DNA from: Chrysemys picta bellii
Taxonomy: Eukaryota
Direction: 5' to 3'
NCBI RefSeq assembly: GCF_011386835.1
Contig: NC_088795.1
Coordinates: forward strand, 52,576,001 to 52,640,000
DNA length: 64,000 nt
Below the pieces are notes generated by a model that saw nothing but the letters and a program-made list of their open reading frames with translations, made no database searches and was not told the origin of the DNA. The first letter of the stretch is position 1, and every line of letters begins with the position of its first letter. Below are positions 1 through 12,219 of this stretch, piece by piece. The translations under genes were made by a program, and so were the position numbers.

Positions 1-299
1 CGATAAATGACATGCAGAAAAAAGAAATTAAAAAAAAATCTCTTAAGAAATGTTATAAGGGTCTTTGCACTGCTCCTCCTAATAAGCAGGGCTTCACACA
101 TTCTGCAGCCATGGGCTTTACCATGGCATGCACCTGTTATTGCAGAACTATTTTCCTGATTCTCAGCTTTCATTTCAAAACAAACAAAAAAAGACCCACA
201 AACAAATGTTTCTAGCCTTCATGGTTGAGAGGGTAACTTTGAAAATGTAAACCAGAGCAATGCCATCTTCCTGAATCTTCACCCCTCTTGGAGCTATTG

Positions 300-517
300 C
301 AGTGGTTCTCAAACCTTTGCACTGGTGACTCCTTTCACATAGCAAGCCTCTGAGTGCAACACCCTTATAAATTAAAAAAGCTTCTTTATATATTTAACAC
401 CATTATAAATGCTGGAGGCAAAGCAGGGTTTGGGGTGGAGGCTGACAGCTCGTGACCCTCCATGTAATAACCTCGTGACCCCCTGAGGGGTCCCAACCCC
501 CAGCCTGAGAACCCCTG
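300..517. mobile_element. Non-autonomous hAT (Charlie-like) MITE
   Basis: TIRs CAGTGGTTCTC / GAGAACCCCTG; perfect 8-bp TSD AGCTATTG at 292-299 and 518-525. Confidence 0.9.
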
Positions 518-832
518 AGCTATTGTTAAGTTGTCTGAACTGCCTATTCATCTCAGTGGGTTTTGAAAGCTGAAAATATCATTAACTCTTTCACTGCTGA
601 TTATTATAGAAGTAATATCCAGCTCAAGGGCCTTGTTCTCATGTCTGCGAGGGCTCCTATGCATCTCTCTGCTGCTGCAAAGCGGATGACCCCCAGGGGA
701 GAGGGAGTGGCGTAGTGGTTCTCTGCTATCCATCCTTTACAAATCTTAGCTCCCCTGTAGAAGGTGGAGCTAGGGAAAAGGGGGCAAAGGCTGAATTGTC
801 TTTGTTTCCCAGATATTCCTGACTGCTGAGAT

Positions 833-1929
833 TAGGGTGACCAGATTACCACTATAAAATATCGGGACGGGGGCGGAGCCAAAAAGGGGGGTGGGGACAG
901 AGCAAAAAAAAAAGTGTTAAGGGGCCTGGGGCATTAGCAGGCCCCGCACGCTGCCCTCCCAGAGTCCCCGCGGAGCCTCCCGCCCCCTGGCCCGCCACGG
1001 GCATATGCGGGAGTCCCCGCGGAGCCTCCCGCCCCCTGGCCCACCACGGGCATATGCGGGGCGCAGTGGGTCTGGGCGGGGGCAGCGCGGAACGGGCAGG
1101 AGCCGGGGGGGCGGCAGGGGCCGAATCCCCGCTGCTGCCAGGGAGCCCCGCGCCTCTCCCTCCCGCTCGCGGCTGTGGCTCCTTCCCGGCGGGACGCGCC
1201 TCCCGCTGCCCCGGGCACATGTGGCGCGTGTCCCCCGCGCCTAGTCTCCCTCCCGCCGGGAAGGAGCAGCTGGACGCACGCCGCATGTGAGTGGGGCAGG
1301 CCGGGGGGCGCGTCCGGCCGGGAAGGAGCCGCAGCCGCGAGCGGGACGGAGAGGCGCAGGGCTCCCCGGCAGCAGCAGGGATTCGGCCCAGGCCCCCGCG
1401 CCGCCCACCTGGCCCCTGCCCGCTCCGCGCTGCCCCCCGACCGGACCCACCACGCTGCCCCGCGGGCTGCAGGGCTGGAGCAGCCTTCAGGCTGCGCTCC
1501 CGGCCCCGGGTGCAGCAGCCCGGGCAGAAGCCCTCTGGCGCGGCGGGGGGGCTCACAGCTGAGCCCCCCTGTCTCCCTCCCTTGCCCGCCCCCCTTTGCC
1601 CGCCCGGTGCCCGGGTGCTGGAGCTGACTCACCAGCTACAGGATCCAGGCACCGCCGCCGCCACCCCCTCCCTCCAGGCTTGCACCGCCATGCTGCAAGC
1701 CTGGGAGGAAGGAGGAATGCTGGGGAAGAGGCGGGGCCAGGGCGGGGATTTGGGGAGGGAGCCAATGGGGGAAGGAGAGGGCGGAGCCGGGGCGGGGGGG
1801 CCTGAGCGCCGGAGCGGAAGGGAAAATTTCTTCTTTGTCCAGTGTCCCGACCAAACATTGGTCGGGACGCGGGACAAAGAAGCAAATATCGGGACAGTCC
1901 CGATAAAATCGGGACGTCTGGTCACCCTA
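833..1929. mobile_element. Non-autonomous hAT (Blackjack-like) element, GC-rich interior
   Basis: TIRs TAGGGTGACCAGA / TCTGGTCACCCTA; perfect TSD GCTGAGAT at 825-832 and 1930-1937; internal 49-bp tandem duplication (962, 1011) and 83-bp inverted repeat. Confidence 0.92.
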
Positions 1930-2887
1930 GCTGAGATCGACCCTGAGGGCCATAAGCAGACAGGCATAAGTTAGAACAGCCCTAAGACTGCTCAAACTTA
2001 TGCTGTGGGGCTGAACTGATACTTAGCCAACCCCAAAATAAGGGCTAAGATGATATAAAGTCACCTTTTTCCCCCTTTGGATCCTGTACTCAGTACAGCT
2101 TGGCCATGCCCAAGAATCAGAATCAACATTTTTATCTCAACTTTGAACTCTCCCATGTGCCAAAAGCCCCAGCTGTTCCTACCCAGCTGCCAAAAACTCC
2201 AATTCCACCCTCCAGCCTCCTCTTCAATGCAGTTCTGCATCATCAGCACAAATATCTGCAGCACACTGAAGAATGAAATTGTAGGGAGAGCATAAATGTA
2301 ATATATAAATAAACAGGCACTACTGTAATCAGAATTTTCATAATTAATTTGATTAAAAACCCAATTTTTAAAATGTAAATGAAGCTGCTGCAGAATTTAC
2401 CATCTGCCTCAGCAGAGTGCTACAGAATTAGGTCCAGCTTGCTGCAAAGTACACAGGAGAATTATGGGCCCAAGATTTATAAAACCAAACATGCTCAGGC
2501 CCAATCCTCTTCCCCCTTTCTCTCTCTACCTGCCTGTCTGCTACCTATTCAGTTTCATTGCTGTGTTTACTGGGGAAGAGTGTCCCTTTTAATATAGCCT
2601 CAGGCCGTGGTCACTTCTCACTCAGTTGCCACTGGTATCTGGGCAAAAGGGAACTATGCACAACCTGCTGCCCCTTCCTGCAGGTCAGGACAAGACAGTA
2701 GGATGTTAAAGAGGCAGCTGTCCCCTTTCTATACCACCTGTTGTGGTAATCGGGCCTACAGATTTACTCCAATTGTGAGTTCAACTGTAAAAGTATGTGA
2801 AAGTTCATGTCACAATAACCTATAGTAGATTGATGGGAAAAGGTATGAAGGAGACAGAAAGAATAAATGAGTCTAAACAAAAAGGCC

Positions 2888-3810
2888 TGTGATGGGGTGT
2901 CTGCCCCATATTGGCAGAGAAGGGATTAATAGAGCTTTAGGTAGGCAGCATGAAAAGCAACCAGTCAGAGGGGCTATGAGGAGTAGCCAATCAGGGCTCA
3001 GCAGGCCCATATAATAAGAGCCTCAGGGGGCGATCAGGGTCAGTAGTTGCCTAGAGCTTGAGGAGGGAGGCCTGTGTCTGGAGTAGACTACAACCCTGTA
3101 GCACCCTGGACAGCTTAGTTTGGGTAGGAATCCAGGGAAAAGCGAAAAGGCTCTGGATGGGCTGCTGAGTCTGAGGCTAGGTCTATACTACCCGCCTGAA
3201 TCGGCGGGTAGAAATCGACCTCTCGGGGATCGATTTATCGCGTCCCGTTGGGACGCGACAATCGATCCCCGAATCGGCGCTCTTACTCCACCAGCGGAGG
3301 TGGTAGTAAGCGCCGCCGACAGAAAGCCGCAGAAGTCGATTTTGCCGCCGTCCTCACAACGCTATTCACGTAGCTGAATTTGCGTATCTTAAATCGACTC
3401 CCCCCTGTAGTGTAGATGTACCCTTAGGAGCGGGCTATGGCTGCAGGGAAGTGTCCCGGGGAAATCCAGTGATAGTAGAGGCAAAGGAACGCAGTAAGTG
3501 ACACTAGTTTGGAGGGTCCCTGGGCTGGGACTTGAATTAGTAAGTGAATCTGGGCCCTCTGCTTTGCCTCTGGGGAAGTGGCTGGACTAGGAGTTACGCT
3601 CCCCTAGAAAAGGGGGACATAGATAGTGAAACGGTCGGAGGACCACACCAAAGAGAATGCTGCAGTTCCTGACACTGCAAGAGGGGTTGCAGGTGGACTG
3701 TGGTGATGGAGTGAGGGGGTGAAGACTGTGAACAGGGGTGTTGGCCTTGAGCTAATCCTTAGAACAACCAGAGGACCTATTGGACCAGCAGTGAATGAGA
3801 GGCCCACTAA
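2888..3810. mobile_element. Degraded LTR-like repeat hosting a Harbinger MITE
   Basis: Starts TGTGATGGGG and resembles reptile solo LTRs (recall only). The 3' end and TSD are not resolved. Confidence 0.4.
3175..3423. mobile_element. PIF/Harbinger MITE
   Basis: Ends GGCTAGGTCTATACTAC / GTAGTGTAGATGTACCC, flanks TGA/TTA, CpG-rich palindromic interior; shares internal motifs with 31077-31360 in the opposite orientation. Confidence 0.8.
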
Positions 3811-4089
3811 TATAACTCAAGGACTGTGTTAAGATCATGCTTGATCAACAAGAAAAGTGAGATGCTGGAAATTAATGAACCAAAATTGGTGATATTAGGC
3901 CTAACTGGTAGACAAAATAATGAGGGGATGTCACCCACTTTTCTCCTTTTTGGAGTTCTTAAAAAAAGACTTGAGGGGCGGGCGGGGGAATCTCATCTTC
4001 CCAATGCAGGTCAGCTCATCTTCCCTGACCACAAGACAGAGGGAGCAGATCAGACTGAAGGATTTTATTCCTGAGGGGGATCAATAAAA

Positions 4090-5185
4090 TTTGAAGTTCA
4101 CAATGAATGCTTTTGGGTGTTCACCAAGAAACCAGTAAACCAAGGCCTCTGTAGGTTCAGGGTGTTTTTGTTTTTCCGTAAGTATCATTTGTCATGCTGT
4201 CAGGAGTGGCTTACAACTGCGAGCCTACATCAGGGGAGACTGTCCAAAAACAGGGCAGACACCCCAAGGGGTTGGTATGTTCTACAATTAGATTTCACCA
4301 AGCCACTAATTGTGAACTCCTGGATCACTATACCAATCTTACCACGGAGTCATAGACAGTCCCCTTAGATTCTTCAGTCTATCTTGCCATCCCCACAAAC
4401 TGAACTTTGTGATAAAAGGTTATTAGCACACACACACACACACACACACCCCACACACAAAAAAAGAAAAGAAAACACACGAGGCTAGGCTCCCAGTCAC
4501 AAGAGACCAGACACTTACCCCAGATCAACCAGTACTCCAGAGCTTACATAAAAGATAACATTGACAGCCAATTTTATAGTAAACTATCTATAGGTTTATT
4601 AGCTAAGAAAAGGAAATAGGAATTATTGAGTGGTTAAAGCAGGTAATATATAACAGATGAATCACAGTTTGCAATTCTCAATGGTGGCAGTGATGTAATA
4701 AACTGCCAGGCTCCCAAAAGTCTTTCCAGGGTACCCAGATTGTCTCTGGGGATCTCTTGCATGTGGTACACTTTCTTGTAAGAATTCAAACAGTCAGAGA
4801 TAAAGTGTCTTTCTTTGAATTTATATTTAGTGTCTTCACACACAAAGTAAGCTGACAGTGTCTCTAGCCATGCAGGCTTTTCCTTTGATGACTGTGAGTG
4901 AGGAATGCACTTAGTCTTTTGACCTCTGACCATCATACATAATGGCCACTTGCTTTGAAATTAGCCTTTTCTGCTTAAGGCCTTCATTTGCATTTCAGAA
5001 AATTTCTTTGACTTATTTAGTTAGGGGGTATACACAATGTAAATGTTTGCTGTTACATTATCACAGTGACAGATAAGTGAAAACAATACAAATAACATCC
5101 CATTAGTTTTCTTGAAGTTTAAACACCCAATACACTCATACATCTAACCACTACTTTGATCTATACTAATACACACATAAATTGC
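4090..5185. mobile_element. LTR-like repeat remnant containing a (CA)n tract
   Basis: Resembles turtle LTR sequence from recall; boundaries approximate and no TSD found. (CA)n at about 4427-4459. Confidence 0.35.
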
Positions 5186-5193
5186 CCTGTGGC

Positions 5194-6153
5194 CATAGGT
5201 GTGTGCACGGGGTGTGCAGGGTGTGCCCAGGCAAATGGCTCCACTCCCCGGCGCGGCAAGCCGCGGGGTCCGCGCTCCCAGGCCGGAGCGCCCAGCCAAG
5301 CGCAGCAAGCTGCCGGCCCCTCCCCCGCCTTCCTCCCTCCCCTGGAGCTATGCCGCCGTGCGCAGCGCTCTGGGGGCCGGGACTGTGCGCTCCTGCGGGG
5401 CAGCGTTTGGCTCCGCGGGGAGGCTAGGAGCCTCATCTCATGGTAAGGGGTCCGGGGTCAGGGGAGTTGGATAAGGGGTGGGGGCAGTCAGGGGACAGGG
5501 TGGGTTGGATAGGGGTTGGGATCCCGGAGGGTGGTGGTGGTTAGGGGCGGGGGGGTTTCTGGGGGGGCAGTCAGGGAGCAGGGGGGATTGGATGGGGCAT
5601 GGGAGTCCTGGGGTCTCTCAGGGGATGGATAGGGGTCAGAGCAGTCAGGGGACAGGGAGCAAGGAGGGTCCTGGGGGGACAGTTAGTGGGGGGGGGGGTT
5701 GCTGGAGGGGGTGGTCAGGGGACAAGGAGCTGGGGGGGGTTGGATGAGTTAGGAGTTCGGGGGGGGCTGTCAGGAGGCAGGGGTGTGGAGAGGGGTTGGG
5801 GGAGGCAGGGAGCGGGGGGGTTGTATGGGTTGGGAGTTCTGGGAGTCCTGTCAGGGGGTGGGGAGCAGTTGAATAGGCGTGGGAGTCCCAGGGGTCTGTC
5901 TGGGGGCGGGAGTGTGGATAAGGGTCGGGGCAGTCAGGGGACTGGTGGGGGTAGGGTCGTAGGGGGGCAGTCAGGAGACAAGGAGCAGGGAGGCTTAGGT
6001 AGGGGGTGGAGTCCTGGGGGGCTGGGGTCCCAGGACAGGGTAGTCAGGGGGGGACAAGGAGCGGGAGGGATTGGGGATTCTGAGGGGGGGAAGTCAGGGG
6101 GCGGGAAGTAGGAGGGAGTGGATGGGGCGGGACTAGGGCTGCGCACGCCTATG
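5194..6153. mobile_element. Non-autonomous hAT with G-rich degenerate tandem interior
   Basis: TIRs CATAGGTGTGTGCA / TGCGCACGCCTATG; perfect TSD CCTGTGGC at 5186-5193 and 6154-6161. Confidence 0.9.
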
Positions 6154-6825
6154 CCTGTGGCCCTGATCTGCCACTGTCACATCTCTGTTTTAATGTTGGA
6201 CAGCAAAAGAGTTTCTAAAACACATTTAACTCTTTTGGCCCCTGAGATCAATACAACCACATCTGGATATCCTGTGGGCCTTCATCCCCTCCAGCCACAG
6301 AGAAGAAGGGGTGACTTGTCTCATCAAAATTAAAGATGGACAAGAACTATTGGGTCTTCTAGTCTATCTTCCTGACATTTAAATATCCCAACTGATGGGG
6401 CTTCATTTCCCTCTGAAGAAAGCCAGCCACTGCAATCCACAATGTAAAAATGCCATTTATTAATATCAAATACTAGCTTTCAAAACTTTACCAGAAGAGT
6501 CAGTTTTGTGTTTTTAGAGGATTTCTGTCACCCATAGTTACTGTTTTTCAGGCTGGGAAGATTAGCCTCTTGGTAAATTAGCAGTACCTCTTATTTATCT
6601 TTGTGTTTGTCCTTGTAAGTATGTTTATTCACTCCAGGAGGCTTTTTCTGAGTACAAGATGAACAGTGGACCTAACCTCAAACTGTCTAGAATGTGTGTC
6701 CTCAGATGATCAAAGATAGCATAATAAGTAACTTATATAGCCTGAGTCAAAGTATTCTAAAACTGCTGATTTGGATTAGAATCAGATGCTTCTTTTGCTA
6801 GACTTTGGACCTTTGAATTGAAATG

Positions 6826-6928
6826 CTGGCTGGTTCAGGAATGAATGATGAGACTTTCCCCTTCAGGTCACTTGTTCAAATCCAGCCCAAGGCACAATTC
6901 AGAGTCATTACCATCTTTCAGCTGATGA
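6826..6928 (+). mobile_element. LF-SINE-like ancient SINE remnant
   Basis: TCAGGTCACTTGTTCAAATCCAGCCCA...AGTCATTACCATCT matches the recalled LF-SINE head (B-box GTTCAAATC followed by GTCATTACCATCTG). Confidence 0.6.
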
Positions 6929-7092
6929 GAACCATCTTATCACCTTCTTCTCCAAGTGCAAGGTGCATTCCTTTGACCTTGCCTTCTCCAACATAAATAC
7001 ATAGCAACATGAAAGAAAAGAGACACTCCAATGCACATATACCTCCCACTGCAGAGAGGATGAGAGAACATATAACACATGACAGATGTTAC

Positions 7093-7385
7093 CAGGAGCG
7101 GCTCCAGGCACCAGCACACCAAGTGTGTGCCTGGGGAGGCAAGCCGCGGGGGGTGGTCTGCCGGTCGCTGTGGGGGCAACAGTCAGGGAGCCTTCAGTGG
7201 CATGCCTGCGGGAGGTCCGTCGGTCCCGTGGCTTCAGCGGCAGGTATGCTGAAGCCGCGGGACCGGCGGACCTCCCGCAGGCATGCCGGCAAATCGGTGT
7301 CACCAGCCGGACCTCCCGCAGGTGCGCCACTGAAAGCCGCCTGACTGCCGTGCTTGGGGCGGCAAAATACATAGAGCCGCCCCTG
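7093..7385. mobile_element. hAT MITE with internal 39-bp hairpin
   Basis: TIRs CAGGAGCGGCTCC / AGAGCCGCCCCTG; perfect TSD GATGTTAC at 7085-7092 and 7386-7393. Confidence 0.92.
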
Positions 7386-8653
7386 GATGTTACACTCTGG
7401 ACAGATATGCCTCCTAATGGCTGGGTGTGGTGCTTGTCCTTCTCCTCTCTCCCCCACTCTCCCACATCTGGCCTCCAGTGGTCTGTTGCTTCTTGTGACC
7501 TAGCTGGAGGGCTGAGTTACATATAGTCCCACCCCTTCCAGGCTAAACAATAGTCCCACAAACCTCACATTGAGCCTTTGGCCCAACTCCAGACTCACTA
7601 GTCCTTACCCCTCGTATCAGGGGGCTTCAAAAGTCAGCCCTCTGTGTCCAGAGGTTTCTGCCCCCATCTTCCTCAGTGGACCAATGAGGGAACCCAGGCC
7701 CTCCCTTTCCTCTGGGATCCAGACCACAGACCTTTTACTACGCAGTCAAGACCTGGCTCTACTGACCACTTGCTGCCCTCCCTGAACCACTTCCTACTGC
7801 AACCTGTCTTAGGCCAGTAGCCTCATCCTGGGATCACAGTTACTGGCATCTCTCAGCTCAGTGGAGAGTTTTGACTGTCCAGCTCAGTAGCCCAACTCAG
7901 CCCCCTGGCTCCAGCCAGGCTTCTCCCACAGAGTGAGCCAGCATTCTGCAATTCTTTCATGGTCAGCCCCCCAGTGTAGTATCACAATCATGTTGCTCAA
8001 GAAGAACTTGTAGAGAAGACCTGGGACTATGTGAAGTAAATTGATGGTCTCAGTCCAGTTCCAGAGAAGGACACACATCACAGAAACAGCCAATAAGTGA
8101 TGATTTTGAAGACTATCAGCAGAGAAAGATTAAATGGGAATAGTGACTTGGTCCTGAGAGGCTATTTATACCTCAACATTAAGACTGAGGCACATTGGTA
8201 GGGCAGTCTAGAGAAGGTTACTTTGCTGCTACCTACCTACCACAGTACCAGTTAGGTGGACAGGGAATTTCAATCTTTAAGTCTACTACATTATTTTGTT
8301 TCAACCCTATGGACCAGAGTGCTTCCATTCATATATATTTCTCTGCAAATATCAGTGGTCTACTGTATTCTACAAGACAGAAGCCAACATCCAAAGCCAG
8401 TAACACAGTGACTCTGACCCAAGTTGGTGCTTTAAACCTAGACTAGCTGGCATGGCTGGAGACCTAGGCAAAAGGCTGGTAACTTATCCACTTTGCAGTA
8501 TGGACACAGGCTAACTCAGGTGCTGATAGTCCTCTAATGCCTTACCTCAGGGCCTTATTTTCTTGCCCTCTACCTACTCCCTTCTTCTGCACCAGAAGTC
8601 ACCTATGTATTTAGATACACCAGGTTGGCATTTAACATCCACATCCTCCCAGC

Positions 8654-8900
8654 TGGCCAGATGCGGACACCAACTTTCTGGTGGATCTTTAGTGTGAAAA
8701 CATAAGGCCCACAATTTGTGGGGAGATGTACCCAAAATCTGCAGTTGTGTGAGGCCATCTCCAAGAAGCTAGCAGAAGAGAGGATTCACTGGGTGGTACC
8801 TCACTGCATGGAGAAAATCAAATCCCTCAAGACCGTGTTCCAGAAGACCAAAGATCACAAAGCCCTGTCCAGCAATTCACTGAGAATGTGCCATGGGTAG
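8654..8900 (+). pseudogene. Decayed Myb/SANT-like (trihelix) domain, probably from a PIF/Harbinger DNA-binding ORF
   Basis: WPDADTNFLVDL*CE, then after a frameshift CTQNLQLCEAISKKLAEE...HCMEKIKSLKTVFQKTKDH...C. Fits the W..E.T..L..LW.E...N..Y..IS..L...QC..KIK.L...Y.K.KD pattern, with TAG at the conserved Trp. Confidence 0.65.
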
Positions 8901-8936
8901 TATCATGATTTATCATCCAAGTTGTTGTGAAGTGTG

Positions 8937-10993
8937 TGTGACATTGTGCAGTCTATATGGTTTTATAAAAATATAATAAGTGAATATAACGTAACTGGGA
9001 TATGCTTCATGCAAAAGGTCTCTTGTAAGGTATCATTACAAAGCTTATAATCTACTGAGTGTGATCATCCTATTTGTATAAATGTACCACTCTTGTATCT
9101 AAAACTAGAAATATAAAATATAACTCTGAGGGCCTATTGTAATTATGCAATGTGTGGGCCGTTAATGGTGGTTTGGAATCTTGATGACTCCCATTAACCA
9201 GGACCACTGTTTGCAGATGGCTGTGTTTTACCTGTGAGTCTTCCGGTATGTGTGTGTGCTGGCAAGTGGGTAATGAAGTCTTGCAGTTACATGTGATCAT
9301 GTCACCTGAACTGGAATCCATCTTTAACCTGGTGCTTTTCCAGTGAGGGGGGTGGAAACCCAAAGGGACAAAGGGTTCCCGCCTTATGCAAAAGATATAT
9401 AAAGGGGTGGAACAGAACTGTCGTGGTCAAAGACACCCACGCAATGATTTTAGTTCAAAGACTCAAGCCTGAGGCCAGTTTATTGACATACATACCAGTG
9501 CACTGGGGTGCAGTCCGAAGACTGACACACCGAGGGCCACTCGCAGGTGGGCTTTTATTTCGTCAAACCGCAAACGAAGTACAAACAATGCGTCATGAGT
9601 TAAGAAACTGGGGTTGGGGTCAGCCCCCCCCCAAACCACAAGTTAAGAAACGAGGGTTGGGGTCAGTCCCTCCCCAAACCGCGAGTTAAGAAATTAGGGT
9701 CGGGGTCAGTTCCCCCCCCCCCCCCATCCTCCTTAGGTACCTTCCTCATTTTTCTGAGAATTGGATGTTTATTTGGGTAGAGGGGCGCTTGGTGGTTTTC
9801 CCCAGGGGTGGTACTTGGCACCAGTTTGGGTACATTTCTTAAGACACATTTTATTTTCCGGGGTCTTTTGGTTAAAGATTGGGGGGGCGGTTTCCATGGG
9901 ACGCCTAAAGAGGATCTATGATTGGCTATTTTTGCAGATAGCTGGAATCACGGAGTGGGTTACAGATCATGCAAAGGAGAAGCTGCATGAGTCAAGAAAT
10001 TGCATTTAGCTAAAGTTACCTATTGCTTCACACAAGTGGTTATTATATTTCATCAGTCATGAACATATTTCATTAGTGCTGCTGCTGGGGCTTTTTTTAT
10101 TCTTTGCCTCCTTGCCCCCCCCCTCCTCTGGTCATGACCCTTGACCGAGTTTGGCAGGGAATTGTGCAGTCCAGTCTAGTTCAGGCCCTGGCCCGTACTA
10201 CTTTGTGTAAGGGTAGTTAGCATAACAGATCTCTATTGGAGGGTTTATTTTGGGGCCTTTAGATTCACAGCTCTGACTATTAAAAAGAAGGCCCCCCTGC
10301 TCTATTTCCCCACAGAACAAAGAGGGAGAGAGAGGAGCCATCATGAAGAATCCCCTAGCTCCCACCTGAGCTGGAACAAGAGCTGTACCAGGGGAAAGAA
10401 TTGTGCCCAGGCCTGGAAGGTGTCCAATCTGAGGAAAAAGCTTACTAAAGCATCTCTGAGGGTGAGATTATCTGTATTCAGTTTGATTAGACAGATTTGC
10501 GCATTTTATTTTATTTTGCTTGGTGACTTACTTTGTTCTGTCTGTTACTACTTGGAACCACTTATATCCTACTTTCTGTATTTAATAAAATCACTTTTTA
10601 TTTATTAATTAACTCAGAGTATGTATTAATACCTGGGGGAGCAAACAACTGTGCATCTCTCTCTATCAGTGTTATAGAGGGCGAACAATTTATCAGTTTA
10701 CCCTGCATAAGCTTTATACAGGGTAAAACAGATTTATTTGGATTTAGCCCCCATTAGGAGTTGGGCATCTGAGTGCTAAAAACAAGTACACGTCTGTGAG
10801 CTGTTTTCAGGTAAACCTGCAACTCTGGGGCAAGTAATTCAGACCCTGGTTCTGTGTTGGAGCAGACTGGTGTGTCTAGCTCAGCCAGACAGGGTGCTGG
10901 AGTCCTGAGCTGGCAGGGAAAACAGGAGCAGAGGTAATCTTGGCACATCGGTTGGCAAATCCCAGGGGGGTTTCTGTGATCCAACCCGTCACA
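8937..10993 (+). mobile_element. Solo LTR (family A) interrupted by a nested LTR
   Basis: TGTGAC...GTCACA; 5-bp TSD GTGTG; TATATAAA at 9396, AATAAA at 10584; homologous to 16735-17942. Confidence 0.88.
9419..10314. mobile_element. Nested solo LTR-like element (family B)
   Basis: TG...CA termini; 4-bp TSD GAAC at 9415-9418 and 10315-10318; absent from the sister LTR; three 43-bp direct repeats at 9598, 9641 and 9684. Confidence 0.82.
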
Positions 10994-12219
10994 GTGTGTT
11001 TATGTGGCTTGCCAATATTTTTACAAAGATGCCGAAAGATTTAAAAACCACATAGATTTTCTTACAACTTTTCATCACCTTGGAGCATCCATCATCATGA
11101 TTTCATACCATGCACTGTAATAGTATTGTGGCTGAGTAATGTCAGGGCACAATGTTTTCAAACTTCTATAGCTCAAAACCCTTGGCCAACATCCATTGTG
11201 TCACTATTCATTGAGAGTGTATGCACTAGTGAATTAGTCTGATCTAAAAATATACTTTAGAAGCTACTTTGCATATTATGAGTGTTATTTATTCAGACAA
11301 GAACTATTTAGGACTCTGATTTATAACTGTTGTAAATAGGTGAAAGTAAGTATTGTACCCTAGCACTGGAAAATTGCTTTTTCTAGTTAATTGGAATTTA
11401 AAGTGGCAAGAGACTGGATGACTCCAGGAATTGTTAATAGAGTTGTGAGCCAAACAACTCCTAACTACTATATATTTATCATACCTTTCAGCCTTCAAGC
11501 CTGCTGATGTGTGATCCAAACAAACCAAAACATGTGGCAAGATGTGCAACATTTGGGCTTTGGGGCACAGGACACCATAATTGATAGGTTAAAGTGTAGC
11601 TTTAAAAAAAAAAAAAGGTAGGAATTCTCCCTCCTGCAATGCGGTCCCTATATGCCATTTCTGCTAGCTGTCCTCCAAAGGCTCATGGCAGGGGTAAGGT
11701 GAAAGGGAAGTCCTTGTAACATACACCACTATGGGGATGCTGGCCCTAAGGGTGCTACCATGAAGTAGAGCAGCCCGGATTCAGATGGATCCAAAGAAGG
11801 GTTAAAGCTACCTTTGCCCTCTCTACACCAAGGTGCGATTCTGGCAGCAAAGAATCTCAGCCCGTGTTTAGGATGTTTTCTCAATGTGAGAAGAGCACAT
11901 CTGCTTAGGGCCTGCTCTGTTCCCTCTCTCCTCTCCTACCCAAAAGCTATTTGGTCAACTGGGCTCCTTCCATCAGAGGCCTCTCTCTTCACCTTGGAGG
12001 GGAGAGAAAGAAATTCAGGCCAGGCACTTCCTAACTTCCTCTTTCCAAAGGGCTCCACCCATCCTAAAGAGTGACTAAGTCACTTTTGAAATAGGACTTA
12101 GGTGCTTTTGAAATTTGTACTCATCCTGATCTGTAGATATTCAGCCTATTACTATCTGTACTTTAGATGTTAGACAACTATCCTCTGCTCCACTCTCTGC
12201 CATCAGGCGAGCCAACTAA

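Noticed and set aside
852-1974. Long overlapping GC-rich ORFs (also 5156-6146, 19733-20701, 38465-39292, 56135-57284)
   Set aside because: They lie inside transposon-derived sequence, mostly TIR/TSD-bounded; they are low-complexity, open in many frames because of GC content, and have no domain motifs.
7884-8093. Minus-strand ORF with WNWTETINLL as a second Myb-like start
   Set aside because: The downstream motif is absent; likely coincidence.
9598-9725. Short direct repeats as a CRISPR-like array (also the 75-bp units at 38956-39130)
   Set aside because: Eukaryotic DNA; the units are head-to-tail without unique spacers and sit inside transposons.
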